A stretch of DNA of 64,000 nucleotides, taken from contig NC_057751.1 of assembly GCF_004010195.1 (NCBI RefSeq), positions 10,057,457-10,121,456 on the forward strand. Reading direction: 5' to 3'. The notes below the pieces were generated by a model. That model did not search any database, was not told where the DNA came from, and worked only from the letters and a program-made list of their open reading frames with translations. A program made the position numbers and the translations under genes. The stretch is from Chiloscyllium plagiosum (Eukaryota). Below are positions 1 to 11,995 of the stretch, in pieces. Each line of letters begins with the position of its first letter. The stretch's first letter is position 1.

Positions 1-699
1 TTGATTTAATTTATTATGCAAAAGAATGACACCAACAATTATGCAACACTCCCTGCATTGTGAATATATCCTTGGGCATCTCCAATAAGCTAAAGAAACA
101 AAGGTTAGGACCGGCAATTGAGATGCTTGGCTGAAAAGCTGGATTTTAAGCAAAGTCTTCAAGATAGAATTGACATCATGTCACAAATCCAATCCCTTTT
201 TGGAGCATTCCTTGGATGGGTTTGGCCACAAGGCTTTCCATGGAGATAAGACAGCAATGACTGGGTCTGCATTTTTTGTGCAGCACTCTGTTCCACCTGC
301 CTCTTCAGCATGACCTCTACATCATCATCTTCATTGACAGTCACCTCACTGACGGGGTAGCCTCTTTACTGGCCTTAGGAATCTCGTCTTTCTGCATGAT
401 TTGGATGGTTTGATCTGTGCCGTGATCCCGACGTCTGTGGATGCTCCATTGTTGACCATATTTCAAGTTAGAATGCACAGCTTTTTGGTCTCTCATGGAA
501 TCAGAGTATACATGGATGAGCAGCAGAGAACTGGTGTTAAAGTCATGATCATATTGAAGAACAGATTAGGTTCATCAGGTGAAATGGCCCACGCCTCCTC
601 TCTCTCTTGTCTTTTTGCTATTTATCTGAACAAGTTTGTGTCACCATCCTCCTCCTTCTGACATATTCAGACTTTCAGAAAATGTTACAACATTGACAA

Positions 700-1945
700 T
701 ATTTCTTAATGTCTTGGATGAGGAATGTGAATGCACGATAGCCAAGTATGCAGATAACACAAAAATAAGTGGGAAGTCAAGTGTTTGAGATGACATAAAA
801 AGTCTGTAGTGGATAGATTAAGTGAGTGGGCAAAACTTGCCAGATGCAATGTAATTTTGGAAAATGTGTTATTTACCCTGACAGGAAGAACAGGAAAGGC
901 GAATGTTATTTTAAAGGGGCAAGACTGATAGTTCCTTAAAAGTAGACTCGCAGGTATATAGGATAGTGAAGCAGATGTTTGGTATGCTTTCCTTTATTGG
1001 TCAGACCATAGAGCATAGGAGTTGGGAGATAATGTTGCAGCTGTTAGGACATTGGTTCGGCCACTTTTGGAATATTGCGTGCAATTCTGGTCTCCTTCCC
1101 ATTGGAAGAATGTTGTGAAACTTGAAAGGGTTCAGAAAAGATTTACAAGGATGTTGCGAGGATTGGAGGATTTGAGCTATAGGGAGAGGCTGAACAGGCT
1201 GGGGCTGTTTTCCCTGGAGCATCAGAGGCTGAGGGGTGACCTTATTGAGGTTTACAAAATCATGAGGAGCATGAATAGGATAAATAGACAAAGTCTTTTC
1301 CTTGGGGTGGGGGAGTCAAGAGCTAGATAGCATAGGTTTAGGGTGAGGGGGAAAGATATGAAAGGAACTTAAGGGTAAACTTTTTGATGCAGAGGATAGT
1401 GGGTGTATCGAATGAGCTGCCAGAGGAAGTAATGGAGGCTGGTACAGTTACAGCATTTGAAAGGCATCTGTATGGGTTTTGAATAGAAAGGCTTTCAAGG
1501 ATATCGGCCAAATGCTGCCAAATGGAACAAGATTAGGTTTGGATGTCTGGTCAGCGTGGACAAGTTGGAGTAAAGGGTTTGTTTCCATGCTGTACATCTC
1601 CATGACTCTGTAACTTGAATGTGGAAAGATTGTTTCTCTTGTGGGAGAGTGTCAGACCAGAGGACATATTCTCAAAATAAGGGATTGTCCTTAAGGTGGG
1701 ACTGAGGAGGAGGTTCCTCTCTCAGAGGCAGTGAACCTGTGGAATTCAGCCCCAGAAGGCTGAAGAAGCTGGGTTGTTAAATATATTCAAGACTGAGATA
1801 GATAGACTTATAATCAGTCAGGGAATGTTGTGAGGAAGAGGCAGGAAAGTGGAGTTGAGGATTATCAGTTCAGCCATGCTTTGTTTGAATGACGGACCAG
1901 ACTTAATGGGTCAAATGGCCTTCTTCTGCTCCTTTGTCATCTGCT
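700..1945 (+). mobile_element. Nested CR1-clade LINE 3' fragments (element ~930-1610 inside an older one)
   Basis: ORF 1022-1330 RPLLEYCVQFWSP..LERVQKRFTRML..RLRGDLIEVYKIM is the CR1 ORF2 C-terminus; flanks carry KYADNTK RT-like text and a second CR1 3'UTR. Confidence 0.85.
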
Positions 1946-4169
1946 CTTCTGGTCTTCTTCTTGCTCCCATAGTTTCAGTGTTCTTCCTTATCCAGCAAGT
2001 AGTTCACTCCCTTCAAAATAGCTCATGGCCTCCAGTTCAGAAAACCTTTCAGGCAAAATATTTTATATTCTAAACCACATTCTTCATATCATCAGGGCAT
2101 TTCACTTTCAATGATTGAAAAATATTATTCCTTCACAAATCTCTTCGTTGAAACGGTTCTGCCAATCAAAATCCTTTCCATTTTCCCTGTTTGGCACCCA
2201 CTGTTTTGATCAGCAATTTGAAACAGCTCCCTGTGGATAAAGAACATCAGAGGAATGCAAGTGGTTATTGTGGGCCATATTCTACTTGCCTCTGGTACAA
2301 TTTGTATTCTGTGGCAAAGAATAAGTTCTGACTATGTGTTAGTCATGGGCTGCTGAAGCTGACATTGTTAAATTGTTTGCAGATCTGTACATACTTTGTG
2401 TTAAATTTGGTGGGAACTGCATTGCTGTCATGTTTTTGTCAGCTCTTTCATTCAAGTCTGCAGAATAGAAGGCAGAATTTGTGGTGGTTCTCATGGGTTC
2501 CAGACAGCTTGCATAGTCTCTGCCTGTGTAAGATGTGATACACAGACACTGAGGGTAATTTTAATTTTTTTTAACTTAACAAATTTCTTTAATCAACCAG
2601 TTCATAGATTTTGTTACACATCTGTAGAGTAGACAGGACTTGAACATGGGTCTCCCAGTTCAGGGGCATGGGCAATACCACTGTGCCATAAGAAGTCCCC
2701 TCCTGAGGGTAATTTTAATCTTCAGGATGGATGTGTGGGAGGTTGGGGAATGGGAACATGTCAGATGTTCCTAAATTTAGTAGCATTGAGGTGGAATGCG
2801 AAGACAGGTAACACTGATATAAAGAAATGGGAGTGGCTGATTGCAATGAAAGAAATAAACTGTAGTGATTGTAACGAGGTCAGCTAGGTGGACCTTCCAG
2901 AATCTAAGCTCCCTGTTTGGGGCTGTTAATGTGGTCCAATTAGGGAGATTCGGCTGACAAATAAGGGTGAATATCAAGCATAATGGGCCCACTGAATGCC
3001 TAATTCAGTGTGAGGCAGTGGTACAGTCGAAGGTAATTTGCATTTGCAAATGGAGAGTGATTGGTGATGGCATGCTGGTTTCTGAAGAGTTGTTTTAAAA
3101 TACTTGCATCCTTTGGCACTTTGCCCATCATCGGATCATCCCAAAATCCTCCATAAAGAATTGTTATCAGTATTGCGTTGGAGATTCGCAAAGCGTAAGA
3201 AGTCCATAAACAAAGTTGAGACAAACAAAAATTTTTTTTTAACTGATGTGAGTTGGTTGAGAATCTTTGGCCTGAACGTCAGGAGAACTTTCTGATTCTT
3301 CACCGTATTGTTCAATTATATTTTTAATATTCATCTGTAAGGAAGCTGGAACCTTTGTTCCAACACCTAATCTGAACTTTGGCACTTCCAGGAAAGCAGC
3401 ATTCATTTTGTTTGACACTGCTAGTTTAGCTAAGACTATATGGTCAAGTCTTGGAGTGCCTTGAACTTGCAGTATTTTGACTGAAAAATAGGTCCGAGAA
3501 CACTGAACAAAGGCCAATACTTGAACAGACAGAAACATTGTCAGTGCTCCCTCCCCAGGATAAAAGGAACAAAGATTGGATATTCAAGGGAGGGAAAGGC
3601 AATTGCCTGGAAAAACCACAGGGCAAAACATCAACTCAAAACACACTGGGTTGAGTCAAAAACTAGAAACCCAAACACATTAAATAAAATTAAAAATGGT
3701 GTCTGGTTTCTTGCCTCACCATCTGAAAAGTTAACTACTGAGGGACATGCTTGGCAGTTGCACAATGTGGGTACTGATGGACTTGACCATCAATTACCCA
3801 CAGTGGGGTGTGACTGAGCAACAGATCAAACAATCACTGTGCCAATAGTAGACAGGCTAAGCATATCAACAAAAGACAACAAATTTCTATTTAAATTGCA
3901 GTGCAACTTGAGGGAGAAATTGAAGTACAGGATTATGATTTACAGGGTGAAGCAACATTAAATTCATATTGCAGATGATAATCTGTATTAACCTTTGAAC
4001 TAAAAATGTTTTGAAGACTTTTCAAAGCATTGACCTGTTCAACTGTTTATTTTGGTGAAAATAACTGAATTCACTGGTATTGCCTTCTCAGCCACCACTC
4101 GAACGTTTGGCTTAAATGACAGCAGTTGTAACCTGGGTTCAGTAGGTGAATGTACCATAAAGTAATAAG

Positions 4170-4290
4170 ATCATAAGAAATAGAAACAGGAGAAGGCTGT
4201 TCAGCCTCTCAAGCCTGCTCCGCCATACAACTGGATCATGGCTGATCTGACATTCCTCACTTACACTTTCCTGCCCTTCCCCCTTAATGG
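4170..4290 (-). mobile_element. CR1 3'UTR fragment
   Basis: cataagaaatag..ggctgttcagcc..atcatggctgatct matches the other CR1 3' ends in the window. Confidence 0.6.
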
Positions 4291-4559
4291 GTGGGTTTTG
4301 GTTAGAAGTTATTGAGAATCCAACATCTACATTCTTCACTTTGACCATTCTACTTTGGAAATAGCCCACAGAATCATTGCTTTCAATATTGTATGAGTTT
4401 TGAAAGCTTTTCCTCATACTCAGAGTTGACAAGGTTAAACAATAAGATCCTTAATTGATCAAATCCATATCTCGAGACTAAAAATTGTAATAACTAGTCA
4501 GATGATATTGTTTAAGAAAACTTCTGACAAAGGCTCACTGGATGTCCATACACAAATAA

Positions 4560-4715
4560 CACATGAAAGACATTGAGGTAAGTTTATGAATAAGAAATAT
4601 TTGGAGGGATATGGGCCAAGCGCAGACAGCTGAGACGAGTTTAGTTTGGGATTATGATCAGCATGGACTTGTTGGATTGAAGGGCCTGATTCCATGCTGT
4701 ATGACTGTACGACTA
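4560..4715 (+). mobile_element. CR1 3' end fragment
   Basis: gagggatatgggccaag..gaagggcctgattccatgctgtatgact tail. Confidence 0.65.
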
Positions 4716-5451
4716 CAGAGTCCTTTAAAACCCTGCTCAATGATCGTCTGAGAGTAAAGTCTTTACAGATGGCCCCTATGCATCTGTCTCTTGATATGTT
4801 GAACATATTAGCTTTCTTTGGCTGCAGTTCAGAATCAGTTAAGAAAAATAAATTTATCTAACAGACTTCAGTCTCCACAGTATTTGGCAAATTATTTCTT
4901 AAAATTGACTTGAAATTGGGATAAGGTTATCAATTAAAGGTAATTTATTTTAATGTTTTGATTAACCTTACAGGCAGGAAACAATTGACAGATAATCTTG
5001 AGAACAGGTTCTTTGGATTTTTTTTTAAATTAACACTTAACAAGGGTCATATTCCTGCCACTGTCTTGTTACTGAATTGTGTACTCAATGGTACTCACCA
5101 TCAAAGTGAACAGAAACATGAAATTAGACGCTGGGATAGCACTTGTAGTTTTATGTTTTAAATAATACAACATATTTTGTTTTAATCAAATTCCAGCAGA
5201 ATTGATAGGATCCTGACTGTAGGTTCCAGCAGCTTCATTGGTTTATTCAATTTTATCTCCAACATTGATGGAATATTGTTTTGGGGCTTTCTGTGAACCC
5301 ACAGCTAATTAACTGTTAGGATCAAGGATTGTGAAGCTGTCGTACCTGGTACCCTCAACAGTCTGTAACCTGTGCCATCCACCAACACAACAGAAAGGAT
5401 GTTGACTGATGTTACTTATTCTTCTCTGGAGAATATTAACTGCCCATTGTA

Positions 5452-6150
5452 AGACCATGAGACATAGGAGTAGAAATTAGGCCATTCAGCCCATCGAGTC
5501 TGCTCTGCCATTCAATCATGGCTAGAGACAAAAAAACCTGAAGATGCTGGCATCCAAGGTAGACAAGCAGGAGACTGGAAGAACACAGCAAGCTAGGCAG
5601 CATCAGGAGGTGAAGAAATCAATGATTCAGGTGGACAGTTATACCCGAAACTGTGACTTCTCCAGCCTCCTGCTTGCCTGCCATTCAATCATGGCTGATA
5701 AGTTTCTCAACCCCATTCTCCCACACTCTACCCATAACCCTTGATCCCCTCAATACTCAAGAACCGATCTATCTCAGTCTTAAATATACTCAATGATCTG
5801 GCCTCCACAGCCTTCTGTGGCAGTGAATTCTATAGATTCACCACTTTCTGGCTGAAGAAGTTCCTACTTATCTCTATTCTAGAGGATCTTCCCTTTACTC
5901 TAAGACTGTGCCCTTGGATCCTAGTCTGTCCTACCAATGGAAACATTTTCCCCACATCTACTCTGTCCAGGGCATTCAGTATTCTGTATGTTTCAGTTAA
6001 CTCCTCCCTCATTCTTCTAAACTCCATCACATAAAAACCCAGAGTCCTCAAACATTCCTCATATGTTAAACTTTACATCCCTGGGACCATTCTCGTGAAT
6101 CTCCTCTGAACAGGTTCCAGCGCCAGTACATCCTTCCAGCGATATGGGGC
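5452..6150 (-). mobile_element. CR1 LINE 3' portion
   Basis: ORF 5830-6051 (EFRRMREELTETYRIL..GHSLRVKG..RNFFSQKVVNL) plus 3'UTR. Confidence 0.85.
5524..5677. mobile_element. Short Penelope-like terminal (pLTR) insertion with partial inversion
   Basis: PLE tail sequence flanked by a 19-bp direct repeat ctgccattcaatcatggct (5505-5523, 5678-5696). Confidence 0.75.
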
Positions 6151-6509
6151 CCATCACGGGTGCGAGAGAAAAGAACTGATGAATGTGACAAGAGTGCTCA
6201 ACTGACAGAGTTTAAGTCATCATTTGATTGGAAAATAAATTCTGTCAAAACAATTTCACCATTTCCTGGCTTTTATGTGGCAGAGTAAGATAAGAGCCCA
6301 TGGTGTTTGGGGCAAGGTACTGGCATGGATAGATGCCTGGCTGTCTGGCAGAAAGCAGAGAGTGAGGATGAAAGGGTCTTCCTCGGGATGGTAGCTGGCG
6401 ACAAGTAATGTTCTGCAAGGCTTAGTATTGGGACCACAACATTTCATTTTATGCATTAACGATCGAGATGAAGGAACTGAGGGCATACTGGCTAAGTTTG
6501 CATCAAAAC

Positions 6510-9500
6510 TGATTGTGTTTTCAGGAGGTGGAGCAGCCCCAAGTCGAGGCACCAACTACAGAGGTAGGAAGAGATAGGAATTTAAGGCAGAAATTCAGGG
6601 AGCTAGGATGGAAGCTTAGAGCTGGAACAAACAGAGTTATTATCTCGAGCTTGTTGCCTGTGCCATGTGCTAGCGAAATAGGGAGAAAAAGAAATTGAAC
6701 ACATACTACATGGATGGTGCAGGAGGGAGAGTTTTGGATTCCTGGATAATTGGTGCTCTTTCTGGGGTAGGTGGGACCTCTACAAACAGGACAGTCTTCA
6801 CCTGAACCAGAGGGGTACCAATATCTGGGGTGGGGGGGGGGGGGGAGTTTGCTAATGCTTTTCAGGTGGGTTTTAACTAATTCAGCAGGGGAATGGGAAC
6901 CTAAATTGTAGTTTGAGTATAGAGGAGGTTGAGAGTAATGAGGTCAGAAATATGGTTTCAAGGTTGCAAAAAGGCACCAGCAAGCAAAAAGTTAGTTTGA
7001 AGTGTATCTACTTCAACGCCAGGAGCACCCGAATAAGGTGGGTGAATTTGCAGCATGGGTTGGTACCTGGGATTTTGATGTTGCAGCCATTTCGGAGACA
7101 TATCTAGAGCAGGGACAGGAATGCTTATTGCAGGTTCTGGAATTTAGATGTTTCAGTAAGAACAGAGAAAATGGTAAAAGAGGGTGGGGTGGGGTTTGGG
7201 GGTCATGGGTGACATTGTTAGGTCAAGGACAGTATTATGGTTGCAGAAAGGATGTTTGAGAACTTGTCTACTGAGGTAGTATGGGTTGAGGTTAGAAACA
7301 GGAAAGGAGAGGTGTTGGGAGTTTTCAATAGACCTCCAAATGGTTCCAGAGATATAGAGGAAAGGATAGCAAAGATGATCCTCACTCGGAGCGAGAGTGA
7401 CAGGGTAGTTGTTATGGGGAACTTTAACTTTCCAAGTATTGACCGGGAACACTATAGTTCAAGTACTTTAGCCGGGTCAGTTTTTGTCCAGTGTGAGCAG
7501 GAGAGTTTACAGACACAGTATGTAGGCAGGCCAACGAGGGGCGAGGCTACTTCCTTACAGTTGGTACTGGGGAATGAATCCAGCCAGGTGTTAGATTTGG
7601 ATGTAGGTGCGCACTTTTGTGATAGTGACTACAATTCGGTTATGTTTACTTTCGTGATGGAAAGGGATAAACTGCAGGGCAAGAGTCATAGTTGGGGGAA
7701 AGGCAATTACGATGTGATTAGCAAGATTTAGGATGGGGAAGTAAACTGCAGGGGATGGGCAAAATTGAAATATGGAGCTTATTCAAGGAACAGCTACTGT
7801 GGGTCCTTGACAAGTATGTACCTGTCAGGCAGGGAGGAAGTTGTTGAGCGCAGGTGCCATTGTTTACTAAGGAAGTTGAATCTCTGGTCAAGAAGAAGAA
7901 GGCTTATGTTAGGATGAGATGTGGTGGCTCAGTTAGGGCACTTGGGAGTTACAAGTTCGCCAGGAGAGACCTAAAGAGAGAGTTAAGAAAAGCCAGGAGA
8001 GTACATAAGAAGTCGTTGGTGAATAGGATCAAGGAAAACCCTAAGGCTTTCTGTAGGTATATCAGGAATAAAAGAATGATGAAAGTAAGATTATGGACAA
8101 TCAAGGGTAGTGGTGGGAAGTTGTGCATGGAGTCAGAGGAGAAAGGGAAGGCGCTAAATGAATACTTTTCATCAGTATTCATACTAGAAAAAGACAATGT
8201 TGTTAAGGAGAATACTGAGATACAGGCTACTCTACTAGATGTGATTGAGGTTCATAAAGAGGAGGTGTTAGCAATTCTGGAAAGAGTAAAAATGGATAAG
8301 TCCTCTGGGCCATATTGGATTTATCCTCGAATTCTCTGGGAAGCCAGGAAGGAGATTGCTGAACCTTTGACTTTGATCTTTATGTTGTCATTGTCTACAG
8401 GAATAGTGCCAGAAGACTGAAAGATAGCAAATGTTTCCCCCTTGTTCAAGAAGGGGAGCAGAGACAACCTCATTGTAGACCAGTGAGACTTACTTCAGTT
8501 GTGGGTAGTGTTGGAAAGGGTTATAAGAGGTAGGATTTATAATCATCGAGAAAGGAACAAGTTGATTAGGGATAGTCAACACGGATTTGTGAAGGGCAGG
8601 TCATGCCTCACAAACCTTATTGAGTTCTTTGAGAAGATGACCAAACAGGTGGATGACAGTAAAGCGGTTGATGTGGTGTATATGGATTTCAGTAAGACGT
8701 TTGATAAGATTCCCACAGTAGGTTATTGCTCAAAATGTGGAGGCATGGGATTGAGGGTGATTTAGTGGTTTGGATCAGAAATTGGCCAACTGAGAGAAGA
8801 CAGAGAGTGGTGGTTGCTGGGAAATATTCATCTTGGAGTTCAGTTACTCGTGGTGTACCACAAGGATCTGTTTTGTCCATTGCTGTTTGTCATTTTTATA
8901 AATGACCTGGATGAGGGCATAGAAGGATGGATTAGTAAATTTGCGGATGACACTAAGCTCAGTTGAGTTGTGGATGGTGACGAAGGATGTTGCAGGTTAC
9001 AGAGGGAGACATAGATAAGCTGCAGAGCTGGGCTGAGAAATGGCAAATGGAGTTTAATGTGGAAAAGTGTGAGGTGATTCACTTTGGACAGAGTAACAGG
9101 AATAAAGAGTCCTGGGCTAATCATAATATTCTTGGTAGTGTAGACGAGCAGAGAGATCTCAGTGTCCATGTACATAGATCCCTGAAAGTTGCCACCCAGG
9201 TTGATAGGGCTGTTAAGAAAGCGTACGGCATGTTAGCTTTTATGGGTAGAGGGATTGAGTTTTGGAACCATGAGGTAATGCTGCAGCTGATCAAATCTGT
9301 GGTGCGGCCGCACTTGGAGTATTGCACACAGTTCTAGTCCCGGATTATAGGAAGGATGTGGAAGCTTCGGAAAGGGTTCAGAGGAAATTTACCAGGATGT
9401 TGCCTGGTATGGAGGGAAGGTCTTATGAGGAAGGGCTGAGGGACTTGAGGCTGATTGCATAAGAGAGAAGAAGGTTGAGAGGTGACTTAATTGAGAAATA

Positions 9501-9837
9501 GAAGATAATCAGAGGGTTAGGTAGGTTAGCCAGTGAGAGCCTTTCTCCTCGGATGGTAATGGCTAGCACAAGGGGGCATAGCTTTAGGTTGAGGGGTGAT
9601 AGATATAGGTCAGTTGTCAGAGGTAATTTCTTTACTCAGAGAGTAGTAGGGGCATGGAACGCACTGCCTGCAACAGTAGTAGACTCACCAGCTTTAAGGC
9701 CATTTAAATAGTCATTGGATTGACATATGGACGAGAATGGATTAGTGTCAGTTAGATGCGCCTCAGATTGGTTTCACAGGTCAGCGCAACATCGAGGGCC
9801 TAAGGGCCTATACTGTGGTGTAATGTTCTATGTTCTA
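6510..9837 (+). mobile_element. Long decayed CR1 LINE: ORF1 end, ORF2 endonuclease + reverse transcriptase, 3'UTR
   Basis: CIYFNARS, VVMGNFNFP, SDYNSV, QHGFVKGRSCLTNL, YMDFSKTFD, KFADDTK, RPHLEYC; tail tgttctatgttcta; stops and frameshifts throughout. Confidence 0.95.
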
Positions 9838-10161
9838 ATACACAGATAGATAGAAGGACAGATAGCATTGAAGAGGCAGAGAGGCTGCAGAAGGACCTGG
9901 ACAGGTTAGGAGAGTGTGCAAAGAAAGGGCAGGTGGAGTACAACGTAGGAAAGTGTGAGGTCATGCACTTTGATAGGAAGAATAGAGTCATGGGCTACTT
10001 TCTGAATGGGAAGAAAATTCAGACGTCTGAAGTGCAAAGAGACTTGGGAGTTCCAGTCCAGGATTCTCTCAATGTAAGCTTGCAGTTTGAGTCAGAAGTT
10101 AAGAAAGCAAATGCTATAATGGCATTTATTTTGAGAGGACTTGAATATAAAAGCAGGGATG

Positions 10162-10241
10162 AGAATACACTAGTTGTGTTATTTTTGTAATTTTATGAAA
10201 AACCTTTAAAATTTACTTTTTCAATAAAAATACCGATAAAA
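10162..10241 (+). mobile_element. 80-bp extreme 3' stub of an L1/Tx1-like LINE
   Basis: Matches 36175-36245 (gaatacactagt..ttttcaataaaaat); 15-bp TSD ataaaagcagggatg at 10147-10161 and 10242-10256. Confidence 0.85.
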
Positions 10242-10728
10242 ATAAAAGCAGGGATGTACTTCTGAGGCTCTATAATGCTCGGGTCAGACCATATTTGGAG
10301 TATTGTGCGCAGTTTTGGCCCCCATATCTCTGGAAGGATGCACTGGCCCGAGAACATGTTCACAGGAGGTTCATGAGAATGGTCCCAGGAATGAAAAGCT
10401 GAACATGTGAGGAATATTGGAGGACTCTGGGTCTTTTCTCAATGGAGTTTAGAAGGCTGAGGGATCTAATTGAAACATACAGAATACTGGATGGCCTGGA
10501 CAGAGTGGATGTTGAGATATTTCCATAGGTAGAAGAGACTAAGACCTGCGGGCACAGCTTTAGGGTGAAAGAAAGGCCTTTTAGAATGGAGATAAGGAGA
10601 AACGTCTTCAGCCAGAGAGTGGTGAATATATAGAGTTCATTGCCACAGAAGGCTGTGAAGGCAGGTCATTGAATATATTTAAGATTGAGGTAGATTGATT
10701 CTTGATTGTCAAGGGAATCAAGGGTTTT

Positions 10729-11010
10729 AGATTAGATTAAATTACTTCGATTCGATTAGATTACTTACAGTGTGGAAATAGGCCCTTCGGCCCAACAAGT
10801 CCACACCGACCCGCCGAAGCGCAAGCCACCCAGACACATTCCCCTACATTTATCCCTTCACCTAACACTACAGGCAATTTAGCATGACCAATTCACCTAA
10901 CCTACACATTTTTCTGGACTGTGGGAGGAAACCGGAGTACCCGGAGGAAACCCACACAGACATGGGAAGAATGTACAAACTCCACACAGTCAGTCGCCTG
11001 ATGCGGGAAT
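10729..11010 (-). mobile_element. HE1/V-SINE, 5'-truncated
   Basis: V-domain (gggtttcctccggg..ccggtttcctcccacagtcc on the minus strand) and (tctaa)n tail. Confidence 0.85.
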
Positions 11011-11049
11011 GGGGAGAAAGCTGGAGAATGGGGTTGAGAAACTTATCAG

Positions 11050-11182
11050 GGAGGAGAAAGTGAGAACTGAAGATGCTGGAGATCAGACTCAAGAGTGTGG
11101 TGCTTGAAAAGCACAGTAGATATTCTCCTGCTCCTTGGATGCTGCCTGACCTGCTGTGCTTTTCCAGCACCACACTTGCGAC
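11050..11182. mobile_element. Short PLE fold-back insertion
   Basis: Inverted arms gtgtggtgcttgaaaagcacag / ctgtgcttttccagcaccacac; 15-bp TSD tgagaaacttatcag (11035-11049, 11183-11197). Confidence 0.85.
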
Positions 11183-11329
11183 TGAGAAACTTATCAGCCA
11201 TTATTGAATGGAGGAGCAGACTCAATGGGCTAAATGGCCTAATTTCTGCTCCTATGTATTATGGTCTTATGGTCATAAGTGTCCCACAGTGTCTCACAGA
11301 GGCAAAGTGTAAGAAAAAAATCAACTGTC

Positions 11330-11995
11330 AGTCACAGCATTCTTACCTCTATGTCAAAGGTTGTGGCTTCCATTCCTTCTCCAAGGACTTAAAGCATATA
11401 ATTTGCACTTCTGTTCAATGCTGTGGTGTTGGTGTACTGTTGGATGTTCCTTCTTTTAAAGGTTTGAAGATTAGATTAGATAGATAACATACAGTATGGA
11501 AACAGGCCCTTCGGCCCAACAAGTCCACACCGACCCTCTGAAGAGCAACCCACCCAGACCCATTCCCCTACATTTACCCCTTCACCTAACACTATGGGCA
11601 ATTTAGCATGGCCAATTCACCTAACCTGCACATTTTTGGACTGTGGGAAGAAACCGGAGCACCCGGAGGAAACCCACACAGACACAGGGAGAATGTACAA
11701 ACTCCACACAGATAGATACCTGAGGCAGGGAATTGAACCCGGGTCTCTGGCACTGTGAGGCAGCAGTGCTAACCACTGTGCCACCATGCCACCCATAAAA
11801 GAGATGTTAAACTCATTCCTTATGTCCCTTTCAACTGGGTATAAAAGATCCCCTGATATTGTTTGTAGAACATCAGGAAAGTTTTCCTGGGGCCTTGATC
11901 AAAATTTAGTTCTTCAGCAATTTTGTTAAAATAACTGCCCTGGTCATTAATCCGTGCAGTGCTAAAATTAGCTACTGTGTTTCCCTGCATTTCGA
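11330..11995 (+). mobile_element. Old Deu-domain SINE (SacSINE1/AmnSINE1-like) relic interrupted by HE1
   Basis: gagatgttaaac..taaaagatccc..tggtcatta..aaattagctactgtgtttccctgcattt resembles the Deu domain as recalled, not searched. Confidence 0.5.
11468..11794 (-). mobile_element. Full-length HE1/V-SINE
   Basis: tRNA-like head with A box (tggcacagtgg) and B box (gggttcaattccc), V-domain and (tctaa)n tail. Confidence 0.9.

Larger units (their letters stand above)
6262..11278 (+). mobile_element. Host CR1 LINE (RT to 3'UTR), split at the KFADD motif by a younger CR1 and carrying three further insertions
   Basis: 6262-6501 ends in ctaagtttgca; the element resumes at ~9838 (..LQKDLDRLGE, MEYNVGKCEVMHF) and continues to a (tcttatgg) tail near 11270. 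Confidence 0.8.

Noticed and set aside
6826..7202. G-runs as functional G-quadruplexes
   Set aside because: Expanded homopolymer tracts inside a dead CR1; the paralogue has a shorter run at ~31668
7237..9337. Several 90-190 aa ORFs as host genes
   Set aside because: Fragments of a frameshifted CR1 ORF2
11720..11794. tRNA gene
   Set aside because: tRNA-derived head of an HE1 SINE; no complete cloverleaf, and it continues into the V-domain
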